IMG/VR virus record: IMGVR_UViG_3300034994_000033 | Span: 1 to 53,374 of that record | Length of the DNA: 53,374 bases | DNA from: a virus | Taxonomy: Duplodnaviria; Caudoviricetes | Direction: 5' to 3' (one strand) | In this document: one piece after another, positions 1 to 6,944 of the stretch | How positions within the stretch are numbered: the first letter of the stretch is position 1 | How the letters are laid out: the number at the start of each line of letters is the position of its first letter | Program-made: the position numbers and the translations under genes | The notes under the pieces: generated by a model | Database searches by the model: none | What the model was told of the DNA's origin: nothing | Seen by the model: the letters and a program-made list of their open reading frames with translations, nothing else

Positions 1-103
1 GTATGAGGGGCATATTTTCCACGAGGAAATGATCAAGAAGGGGTTTCAAGAAACCGCCGTGGACACCTGCCTATTTCTGATAAATAAGCCCCTATGGGCA
101 TAA
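1..103 (+). CDS. 3' end of a second copy of the small NPPY methyltransferase cassette gene (partial, spans contig junction)
   Basis: 1-104 is identical to 3095-3198; TAA at 101-103. Confidence 0.9.
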   Translation, partial: YEGHIFHEEMIKKGFQETAVDTCLFLINKPLWA

Positions 104-148
104 CGGCCAAAGGGTAAGCGGTGCAACCGCTTCACCCGATGGTTAGAT
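98..148 (-). mobile_element. attC: attC site (51 bp)
   Basis: + strand GCATAAC-GGCCAAAG-GGTAAGCGG..CCGCTT(C)ACC-CGATG-GTTAGAT: two core sites around an imperfect hairpin with an extrahelical base in the right arm. Confidence 0.9.
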
Positions 149-166
149 TACGAAAGGAGCGACAGC

Positions 167-538
167 ATGACAGACGAGCAAACATATTTCCGAGCGTTGC
201 AGAAAATTCAGAACGGTTGCTACTGCTACACCCTTGCACAGATAAAGGCAATCGTTGATGACGCATTAAACCCTGTGCCGCAATATGAGGATGTAGAGGT
301 TGTCAGGTTTGAGTGCCTGACTTGTGGATTCATTGAGGTCGAAGACTGCACATCTCCAAACGAGTGTTGCCGGAATGATGCACGAATTACACTGAAAGGC
401 TCATATAGCGTGAGGAAAAAGCCCAAAGAGTTTCGCCGTGAAGAAATCGCATTTGATATGAATTTCATTGAGGCTCTTGTATGTGGCGGTAAACGTATCC
501 CGCTATCGGCTAAATATTACGCAGAGTGGGCAGAGTAA
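167..538 (+). CDS. Cassette gene, hypothetical Cys-rich (CxxC...CC) protein
   Basis: AAGGAG RBS; cassette ends GTTAGATTAC (142-151) and GTAATCTAAC (535-544) are perfect 10-bp complements. Confidence 0.8.
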   Translation: MTDEQTYFRALQKIQNGCYCYTLAQIKAIVDDALNPVPQYEDVEVVRFECLTCGFIEVEDCTSPNECCRNDARITLKGSYSVRKKPKEFRREEIAFDMNFIEALVCGGKRIPLSAKYYAEWAE

Positions 539-600
539 TCTAACGGGTCTGTGGCTGACCCGCCGGGGTTCATCGGGCGGTGTCCGGCCACTGGTTAGCG
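538..600 (-). mobile_element. attC: attC site (63 bp)
   Basis: ATCTAAC...GGCTGACCCGCC..GGCGG(T)GTC(C)GGCC..GTTAGCG; two unpaired bases in the right arm. Confidence 0.9.
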
Positions 601-628
601 ATATTTCAGCAAAATCAAGGAGATAATC

Positions 629-898
629 ATGCAACCTCGTAGACTGTACTGGACAAGCATTGCCACTTTTGACGAGAAAAACGAGCCGGGACACACTGAT
701 TACGTTCGCCGCGAAGTGCGCTCACGGCTGAAAGATTTGATTGCCGACGAATCAATCAAGATTGCCACTCGTGATCGGGATCATGACGGATGCAGAGAGT
801 TTACGGCTTCGCTGTATGTTCTGACTGATACCGAGATGAAAGAGTTTGTTGATTACATAAACCGTCAAGCGTGTAAGGGATTGCCGGTCATTTTGTAG
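629..898 (+). CDS. Cassette gene, hypothetical protein
   Basis: AAGGAG RBS; cassette ends GTTAGCGATA (594-603) and TATCGCTAAC (899-908) are perfect complements. Confidence 0.8.
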   Translation: MQPRRLYWTSIATFDEKNEPGHTDYVRREVRSRLKDLIADESIKIATRDRDHDGCREFTASLYVLTDTEMKEFVDYINRQACKGLPVIL

Positions 899-901
899 TA
901 T

Positions 902-959
902 CGCTAACGGGTAGCCGATGACCGGACGGCTTTTGTTCCGGTCGATGGGCGGGTTATGC
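902..959 (-). mobile_element. attC: attC site (58 bp)
   Basis: CGCTAAC...ATGACCGGA..TCCGGTC(G)AT..GTTATGC; extrahelical G in the right arm. Confidence 0.9.
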
Positions 960-987
960 CCGTCAATTATTCATCATGGAGGAAGTT

Positions 988-1209
988 ATGTCAAAATCAA
1001 AAGCTCCCGCAATACACGTCGGAAATATTATCAACGCGGCAACTCGTAACGAACTCACGGAATATGTGAAAGACATATTTACTGCTGGCAGAGAGACTGA
1101 CCAATCTGGCGCAACAATACGCCACGCGCTCTCAATGTTTTCTGAATGCCAAGAAGTAAAAAATCTCTCAATTTCAAATTGCAACTTCACGAACGGGGTT
1201 AAGGCATGA
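988..1209 (+). CDS. Cassette gene, hypothetical protein (first of two in this cassette)
   Basis: GGAGG RBS before ATG 988 (ORF track starts at 976); ATGA overlap with the next ORF. Confidence 0.7.
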   Translation: MSKSKAPAIHVGNIINAATRNELTEYVKDIFTAGRETDQSGATIRHALSMFSECQEVKNLSISNCNFTNGVKA

Positions 1210-1400
1210 ATACCAATTCAAAAACAACATATATCCTGCTAGATCGGGGGACAGAGGATAAGGAGTTGTTGGGAGACATCAACCGGATATTTTCAGACCT
1301 TGGCGAACCATCCATTAAAAATATTGCAGTACGGTACCCAAAGCTATTGGAGTTCAAGCAATATTTACAAGATGAAGTGGAAATGGAAGCATCCGCATAA
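1206..1400 (+). CDS. Cassette gene, hypothetical protein
   Basis: Translationally coupled to the previous ORF; stop TAA lies in core site GCATAAC. Confidence 0.7.
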   Translation: MNTNSKTTYILLDRGTEDKELLGDINRIFSDLGEPSIKNIAVRYPKLLEFKQYLQDEVEMEASA

Positions 1401-1452
1401 CGGCTTGAGCTGACCAGACGGCTTTTCGGTCTGGTCGAGCGTTTGGTTATAA
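1395..1452 (-). mobile_element. attC: attC site (58 bp)
   Basis: GCATAAC-GGCTTGA-GCTGACCAGAC..GTCTGGTC(G)AGC-GTTTG-GTTATAA; textbook attC bottom-strand layout on the + strand. Confidence 0.95.
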
Positions 1453-1487
1453 TGCGTCTGGCTGGATAGCGAAAAGGAGGGTTAACC

Positions 1488-1673
1488 GTGGAATGCCCTA
1501 ATTGTTTCCCTGATACCACCAATGTTGGATGCCCTCTCTGTCGGGGAAATTACTTCTTTGATTCCTGTTGTGACGAAATACAAGATGACGATGACGGTTA
1601 CGAAGATGACGATGACGGTTACGACCTGAACGATTACGAAGAAGATTGCAGGGTCAACAGGGGGCAAGGATGA
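1488..1673 (+). CDS. Cassette gene, small Cys-rich protein with acidic Asp/Tyr repeat tail
   Basis: AAGGAGG RBS, GTG start; CPNC/CPLC motifs; 21-bp tandem repeat at 1582-1624 encodes DDDDGY twice. Confidence 0.7.
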   Translation: MECPNCFPDTTNVGCPLCRGNYFFDSCCDEIQDDDDGYEDDDDGYDLNDYEEDCRVNRGQG

Positions 1674-1951
1674 ACTTAAAGGAACAGGCGGAGCAATTTG
1701 CAGGGTCTTACACCCACCGACCAGCTGAAGCTTGTGTTCTGGTAAGGGAACTTCTGAATGAGATATTAAATCTTGAAACGGACTTGGCAAGCAAGAAAGC
1801 CGTTATCGCTGAACAGGCGGGCGTCCGCAAAAAGACCGCGATTGAGGCAATCGGTATTGTTCAAGAGTGGCGCAACAGCAACAAGCTGATTGACAAGCTG
1901 GTGCATACATTCGGTGTTTACGATGACATTTACGGCAAGAAGGAAGCATAA
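1670..1951 (+). CDS. Cassette gene, hypothetical helical protein
   Basis: ATGA overlap with the previous ORF; in frame with track ORF 1646..1951. Confidence 0.7.
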   Translation: MNLKEQAEQFAGSYTHRPAEACVLVRELLNEILNLETDLASKKAVIAEQAGVRKKTAIEAIGIVQEWRNSNKLIDKLVHTFGVYDDIYGKKEA

Positions 1952-1952
1952 A

Positions 1953-2615
1953 GTGGAAAAAGTTATTATCGGAAATGCAACTCTGTTCAAGGGAAACTGC
2001 ATGGCTGGACTGATTGACGCGGCTGATGGACAATTCAGCCTTGCAATAGTTGACCCGCCGTATGGTTTGGGAAAAAAGATCACGGCAGGCGGCACATGGA
2101 GCGCAAAACATGCCAAGGCAAACCCTCAAGGCTTTGAATGGGATGTTGCACCGACTTTCGAGTATTTCCACCGGCTAAAAAGAGTGACTACAAATCAAAT
2201 AATTTGGGGCGCAAATTACTTCGCGATGCCGCCGTGTAGAGGCTTCATCGTCTGGGACAAGGGAGTTTTATTCGGATCAGGGCAAACGTTCGCAGAGGGT
2301 GAATACGCTTGGACGAGTTTTGACCGTAATGCCAAAATCACAAGGGTTATGCCGCTTATGGGTTTTCTTTGCAGAGGCGTGGAAGAACGCATACACCCGA
2401 CACAAAAGCCGGTTTCACTGTATCGGTGGTTGTTGGCAAACTATGCAATAGCAGGAGATACGATACTTGACACGCACATGGGCAGCGGAAGCAGCGTGAT
2501 TGCCTGTCTTGACGCTGGGCTGGCCATCACCGCCTACGAAGCGAATCAAGAATATTTCGATTTGGCTTGTGAAAGAATAGAGAGATCACAGCAACAAATG
2601 AAATTAGCATTATAA
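1953..2615 (+). CDS. Cassette gene, N6-adenine/N4-cytosine DNA methyltransferase (beta class)
   Basis: DPPY catalytic motif, HPTQKP, LDTHMGSGS SAM motif; GTG start just after the previous stop. Cassette ends GTTATAATGC (1446-1455) and GCATTATAAC (2607-2616) are complementary. Confidence 0.9.
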   Translation: MEKVIIGNATLFKGNCMAGLIDAADGQFSLAIVDPPYGLGKKITAGGTWSAKHAKANPQGFEWDVAPTFEYFHRLKRVTTNQIIWGANYFAMPPCRGFIVWDKGVLFGSGQTFAEGEYAWTSFDRNAKITRVMPLMGFLCRGVEERIHPTQKPVSLYRWLLANYAIAGDTILDTHMGSGSSVIACLDAGLAITAYEANQEYFDLACERIERSQQQMKLAL

Positions 2616-2667
2616 CGGAGGAGATAAGCAGTGAGCGAAGCGAATCTGATTGATCGTATTGTTATGC
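2610..2667 (-). mobile_element. attC: attC site (58 bp), identical from TAAC onward to the site at 53245-53302
   Basis: TTATAAC-GGAGGA-GATAAGCAG..GCGAAGC..CTGATT(G)ATC-GTATT-GTTATGC. Confidence 0.9.
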
Positions 2668-3197
2668 CGGTTGTCGATCTGAATATGCTCCGGGCATACA
2701 AGAAAAAATTCAACTTCTTCGAGACCCCGGAAGTGTTAGCCGACCAAATGGCTGGCTTTTTGGATGGACTGGGCCGCAATGCCCGAATATTGGAGCCATC
2801 CGCTGGAATGGGGGCACTGATACGGGCAATTGAAAGGGCGATGCTGTTTCTGCCGCAGATTGATTACTGCGAGATACAAGAAGAATTTGCAGCCATTCTT
2901 TCCACGTATAACCGCGTCGGTTCTGATTTTATGCAATACAAGCCGGGGCCGGTATATGACGCCGTGATTATAAATCCGCCGTACAAAAACAAGCTGGCCG
3001 AACTGCACGTAGACCATGCCTGGAATTGCATAAAGCCGGGCGGCTGGATCGTGGCACTTGTAGGAAAAACGGCGGGAAGCTACATAGGCTCAGAGTATGA
3101 GGGGCATATTTTCCACGAGGAAATGATCAAGAAGGGGTTTCAAGAAACCGCCGTGGACACCTGCCTATTTCTGATAAATAAGCCCCTATGGGCATAA
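2631..3197 (+). CDS. Cassette gene, small SAM-dependent amino-methyltransferase (gamma-type order), probably acting on DNA
   Basis: FFETP, ILEPSAGMGAL (motif I), INPPY (motif IV); stop TAA in core site GCATAAC. Confidence 0.85.
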   Translation: MSEANLIDRIVMPVVDLNMLRAYKKKFNFFETPEVLADQMAGFLDGLGRNARILEPSAGMGALIRAIERAMLFLPQIDYCEIQEEFAAILSTYNRVGSDFMQYKPGPVYDAVIINPPYKNKLAELHVDHAWNCIKPGGWIVALVGKTAGSYIGSEYEGHIFHEEMIKKGFQETAVDTCLFLINKPLWA

Positions 3198-3229
3198 CTT
3201 CTGATTATGCAGCCTTCTGGCGGGATAAC
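3192..3229 (-). mobile_element. attI: attI-like primary recombination site
   Basis: Minus strand GCATAAT-CAGAA-GTTATGC (L box, 5-bp spacer, GTTRRRY-type R box); extra GTTATCC direct repeat at 3223-3229; sits between the array and the intI start and has no attC stem. Confidence 0.8.
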
Positions 3230-3256
3230 GGGAAAAACTTTTGAAAGGAGAAAACC

Positions 3257-4420
3257 ATGCAACCTACTAAAATCAGAACACAATACACCTTTGCTCAACG
3301 TGATAATGAAATCCTGAAAAGCCCCCGTGTTGCTGGCTGGCTCTCTGATCTCCAAAAAGAATTTGCCGTCCACCACACCGACCCAAAAACCCAGAAATCC
3401 TACCGCCGAGTGATCATCCGCTTTATCCTCTGGAAAATCAAAGGCCAGTGCATGGATGATTTTGATACCGCCATGCGTAATTATCTGACCATGCGGGCGG
3501 ATAAAGATCAAATTGCCGCCAGTACCCAGAATGTTGATTTCAACGCCCTGCTGTTTTTCTGCCGGCACGTCCTGAAAAAAGAGCTCGGTAAGATCGATGC
3601 CGCCCGGGCCAAGCGGTCACAACACCTCTACGTGATCCTGTCGCGGGAAGAAGTCCGATCGATCATCGCGGCATCCACCGACGTCTACAAACTCATCAAC
3701 TCCCTGATGTACGGCTGCGGCCTCCGGGTAGAAGTCGATTGCCTGGAAATCAGGGTGAAAGATGTTGATCTTGCCCGTGGCAAGCTGGATATCCGTGATA
3801 GTAAGCACGGCAGCGCCCGTGAATTGGATATTCCTCTGGCGTGTGTCGATTTCCTTCGACTCCAGATAGAAGCCTGCAAGCGCGTTCATGATGCCGATCT
3901 GGCCGCCGGCTTCGGCGAGGTGGATCTGCCTGGTGCTTATGGCCGAAAAAATCCCGGCGCCTCCAAGGATTTTGGCTGGCAATATCTGTTTTTTGCTCAG
4001 TCGAGATGGGTCAACAAGGACGGCAGACAAGGCCGGCCACATATCCACGTTTCAGCGGTTCAGGACGCGTTCAAGATGGTCCGTAAATCACTCAGTATCT
4101 ACAAACCAGCCACTCCACACTGTATGCGTCATTCTTATGCAACACACATGTTGGAGGATGGTGTGGATATTCGTAAACTACAAAAGTTACTTGGTCACCG
4201 GAAAGTCGAGACAACGGAAGTCTACACACAGTTTACTCAGGGTGCGGGCATCCGCAGCCCGCTGGACCGTATTCTTGGTATTGCAGGAGATCTGTTACCG
4301 GTAAACGTTGGCGCGGATGTTCGGCGGTGGCTCGTGTCTTTTGCCTCAAAACTAAACATCACACAAGAAGAAGCCGCCGCACAGGTTCTGTCAATGGCTG
4401 CTCATGGGGGCATCCTGTGA
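3257..4420 (+). CDS. intI: Integron integrase (IntI family tyrosine recombinase) with C-terminal extension
   Basis: AASTQNVDFNALLFF, RAKRSQHLYVILSREEV, MYGCGLR, IntI-specific insertion DLAAGFGEVDLPGAYGRKNPGASKDFGWQYLF, HCMRHSYATH, LLGH..TTEVY, GIRSPLD. Catalytic R-K-H-R-H-Y residues appear intact. Confidence 0.95.
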   Translation: MQPTKIRTQYTFAQRDNEILKSPRVAGWLSDLQKEFAVHHTDPKTQKSYRRVIIRFILWKIKGQCMDDFDTAMRNYLTMRADKDQIAASTQNVDFNALLFFCRHVLKKELGKIDAARAKRSQHLYVILSREEVRSIIAASTDVYKLINSLMYGCGLRVEVDCLEIRVKDVDLARGKLDIRDSKHGSARELDIPLACVDFLRLQIEACKRVHDADLAAGFGEVDLPGAYGRKNPGASKDFGWQYLFFAQSRWVNKDGRQGRPHIHVSAVQDAFKMVRKSLSIYKPATPHCMRHSYATHMLEDGVDIRKLQKLLGHRKVETTEVYTQFTQGAGIRSPLDRILGIAGDLLPVNVGADVRRWLVSFASKLNITQEEAAAQVLSMAAHGGIL

Positions 4421-4689
4421 ATCAAGACCACCTTTATCAATTTCCCGCTACCCGTTTTGTCTCAAATTCTCTCTGGTGTCAATGGTGGCATTTATTATCT
4501 GAAGTTCTTGAAATCGGCTGGGAGTTGCTGGTCGGCAATCTGCAGCGGGCCGCAAATGAGTCGTGGGATGCCAGTCAGAGCAACGAAACGTTGCGGAGGA
4601 TCCTGTCCGGCCAGGGGGCGGATATTGAAATGGCACGGGAACAGGTTGTCAAGGGTTGTCAAGAGCGCGGGTATTATCAGGCGTTATAG
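4417..4689 (+). CDS. Small helical protein, possibly MazG-like NTP pyrophosphohydrolase
   Basis: GTGA overlap with the intI stop; SEVLE...NESWD acidic pattern and ERGYY C-terminus. Confidence 0.45.
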   Translation: MNQDHLYQFPATRFVSNSLWCQWWHLLSEVLEIGWELLVGNLQRAANESWDASQSNETLRRILSGQGADIEMAREQVVKGCQERGYYQAL

Positions 4690-4723
4690 GTTGTAGCATA
4701 CTCCACTGCCGAGGTTCTTTTTA

Positions 4724-5644
4724 ATGGAATGGTTTAGATGGTATGGCGGGACGTTCAATGATCCGAAATTGCAGTGGGTAGCCAGTAAGTCGTGCCAGAC
4801 GGTGGCGTCGGTTCTGGCGGTATGGGTGGCTGTCCTGGAGCGGGCCAACGGTAACGAGCTCCGAGGCTGCTGCGCCGGTCTTGATTTTGAGTCGTTGGAT
4901 ATTGCCCTCGGCCTGGAGGATGGTGCTACGTGCGATATTTATCAAACGATGACGCGCAAGGCGATGATTATCGAGGGTGATATGGTTGCCGCCTGGGACA
5001 AGCGCCAACCAAAACGGGAGGACGAAACAGCGGCGGAGCGAAAGAAAACGTATAGGGATAGAGTGAAGTTGGAGAATGAAAACGAGCAGTTACGTGCTCA
5101 ATTACTTTCGCTGCAGTCCCACAATGTCCCACAATGTCCCACAATGTCCCATGATGTCACAACAGAGGAGAGGAGAGTAGAAGAGAAGAGAGAAGAAGAA
5201 CCTTTAAAAACACAACAGCAACACGCGAGCGCGGTTGAACAATTGGCCGAGGCGGTTGAAGAGCACCAGCAGGATCTGCTGCGGCTGTTCCCTGAGATCG
5301 ATATTCCGGTGGCGCTGGCGAAGCTGTTGCATCATTTCAGAACCAGCGAACGGCTGATTGATCCGTGGATGATAGCGCTAAAATGGTTTCAGAGGGAGTT
5401 CAAAGCATCTGCTCCACAAGCTACGGCACGGGCCTCTCCGGCAGGGCAGAAAAGCAAAGGCGTTTTGAGGGAAGAAGCGGCTATTCAAGCGGCTCGGGAA
5501 ACAATGGAGCTACTGGAGGATATGCGGAATGGAACGAAACAAACAGGTACAGGTGTTGACGTTGTTGCTGGAAATGACAGTCGCTCTCGGGATAGAACCG
5601 CTTTCAGCCAAACGCCAAGCGCTGTATCTGAGGCATTTGGCTAA
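4724..5644 (+). CDS. Phage replication initiator (O-like replisome organiser)
   Basis: N-terminal WFRWY..NDPK, WDKRQ, RKKTYR helix; internal iteron-like repeats. Confidence 0.8.
   Translation: MEWFRWYGGTFNDPKLQWVASKSCQTVASVLAVWVAVLERANGNELRGCCAGLDFESLDIALGLEDGATCDIYQTMTRKAMIIEGDMVAAWDKRQPKREDETAAERKKTYRDRVKLENENEQLRAQLLSLQSHNVPQCPTMSHDVTTEERRVEEKREEEPLKTQQQHASAVEQLAEAVEEHQQDLLRLFPEIDIPVALAKLLHHFRTSERLIDPWMIALKWFQREFKASAPQATARASPAGQKSKGVLREEAAIQAARETMELLEDMRNGTKQTGTGVDVVAGNDSRSRDRTAFSQTPSAVSEAFG
5116..5200 (+). repeat. Putative replication origin: 10-bp iteron-like repeats followed by a purine tract
   Basis: GTCCCACAAT x3, then GTCCCATGAT and GTCACAAC, then an almost all-purine run, in the middle of the initiator gene as in lambdoid ori. 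Confidence 0.65.
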
Positions 5645-5951
5645 TTGGCCGGTCGAGGCTTTGCGTTGGGCGTGCGACCGGGCGGTACAGGAATGTCGTT
5701 ATCAGGTCATGCCGGTCCCTGGGGTGTTGATCGATTATGCCCGTGCAGCACCTCGCCGGCAGGTATGCGGTGATTTGAAGCGCACGGCATTGGATCATAC
5801 GACCAGCTACAACGAAAAGTTGGCAGAGGAATCGATAAACGCGGTTATGGCGTTGTTTACTGATGATTTTGACCGTAAGGGCATGCCGCCGGTTGTTAAA
5901 ACTCCGAGTGCGGCGGAGCAGCGAGTAGCGTTGATGGCAACTGGGTTTTAA
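5529..5951 (+). CDS. Replication accessory protein (helicase-loader position)
   Basis: GGAGG upstream; overlaps the initiator 3' end; assignment is mainly positional. Confidence 0.5.
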   Translation: MERNKQVQVLTLLLEMTVALGIEPLSAKRQALYLRHLANWPVEALRWACDRAVQECRYQVMPVPGVLIDYARAAPRRQVCGDLKRTALDHTTSYNEKLAEESINAVMALFTDDFDRKGMPPVVKTPSAAEQRVALMATGF

Positions 5952-5971
5952 TTTTATGCTGGAGGTGACGT

Positions 5972-6193
5972 GTGGGAGGTGTGACTGCAGGAGAACGGAC
6001 GGCCCTTTTGGTTGATGAGGTTCGGTGTTGTTTGTGGTGTGACGCTACTCTGGTACAGAAAGAAGGGGAGACAAAGGATAATTTCAAAAAGAGGAGGTAT
6101 TGCGATAAACGCCACAAGAGCTTGCACCAGGGGGAACTGAGAGGCCGGCAGAAGAGGCATGTGAACTGCTCATTGTCGTCAGCAAGCGTATAA
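5972..6193 (+). CDS. Small Zn-finger-like protein
   Basis: GGAGGTG RBS; CLWC...YCDKRH; last gene of the early operon. Confidence 0.6.
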   Translation: MGGVTAGERTALLVDEVRCCLWCDATLVQKEGETKDNFKKRRYCDKRHKSLHQGELRGRQKRHVNCSLSSASV

Positions 6194-6197
6194 ACCG

Positions 6198-6224
6198 AAA
6201 GGCCGGGGAAACCCGGTCTTTTTT
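6198..6224 (+). terminator. Rho-independent terminator ending the early operon
   Basis: GGCCGGG-GAAA-CCCGGTC followed by TTTTTT. Confidence 0.85.
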
Positions 6225-6263
6225 GTGTTCATTATCATAGTGAATTTTTTTGTTGCGTATTCG

Positions 6264-6289
6264 TTTATGTTGCGGTAGCCCTGAAATAT
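6264..6289 (+). promoter_or_regulatory. Late-promoter motif copy 1
   Basis: TTTATGTTGCGGTA, also at 24364 and 39455, each at a late module start. Confidence 0.65.
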
Positions 6290-6944
6290 GGGAACTGCTA
6301 ACTCGACAAATTTTGAACAAACTGCCGCTACCGGCCAGATGGTGCTTCATGATTTTGAGGCAATCATCGGTTATGAGGCGGCTGTTCTTAAAAAACCGCG
6401 CAATGAGATGTTCTGTGTGGCTTTTGTCGAGAATGGTGGCCATGCTGGAAAGGCATACCAGGCGGCAATTAATCCAAAAACTACTGATAGCAATGCCCGC
6501 AAACGCGCTCATGAACTGTTGAAAAACAAGGACATATCAGGACGTATCGCTGAATTGTCTGCTGTTATCCGCAATAGAACAATTAATGACCTGATAGACT
6601 TTCGTATCAAGGGCATGAAGTTTGATCCCGCCAATTATTACGACTCCAGTTCTGGTATCAGAAGGCAATTGCATATCAGCGACGTTAAGGATGGCCACCG
6701 AATTGGTATAGGTCTGGAGTCTCGCATCGTTGATGGCGGTGTTGTGTATGTACCGGTATTCCCCTCCCCTGAAAAATCTGCTGATGCACTGCAGAAGATG
6801 ATGGGACTCGATAAGTCGCTGGTGGAACTGGCTGGGAAGAACGGTGGGCCAATACAGACTGAAAGTGTGGTTGATGATATGGGCAGGCTGCAAAGTCTCA
6901 AGGAGAAAGCGCAGGCGTTAAAGAATGCCGGTATTATCTCCTGA
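6288..6944 (+). CDS. terS: Terminase small subunit
   Basis: AYQAA..ARKRAHELLKNKDI helix-turn-helix, ELAGKNGGPI motif; directly upstream of TerL. Confidence 0.85.
   Translation: MGTANSTNFEQTAATGQMVLHDFEAIIGYEAAVLKKPRNEMFCVAFVENGGHAGKAYQAAINPKTTDSNARKRAHELLKNKDISGRIAELSAVIRNRTINDLIDFRIKGMKFDPANYYDSSSGIRRQLHISDVKDGHRIGIGLESRIVDGGVVYVPVFPSPEKSADALQKMMGLDKSLVELAGKNGGPIQTESVVDDMGRLQSLKEKAQALKNAGIIS

Noticed and set aside
1-104. Direct terminal repeat of a linear virion genome
   Set aside because: The two contig ends do not match each other; each matches a different part of the internal cassette 2613-3198.
98-2667. Spaced palindromes as a CRISPR array or simple terminators
   Set aside because: They differ in sequence, are separated by whole genes, lack U tracts, and have paired AAC/GTT cores with attC asymmetry; no cas genes are present.
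98-3198. Canonical reading with each gene followed by its own attC
   Set aside because: It looks plausible because stops lie in TAAC, but spacer and extrahelical-base asymmetry, attI position and the duplication boundaries all show the opposite polarity.
3199-3256. LexA (SOS) box upstream of intI
   Set aside because: CTGATTATGCAG does not match CTGT-N8-ACAG spacing and overlaps the attI L box; other lineage-specific LexA motifs were not recognised.
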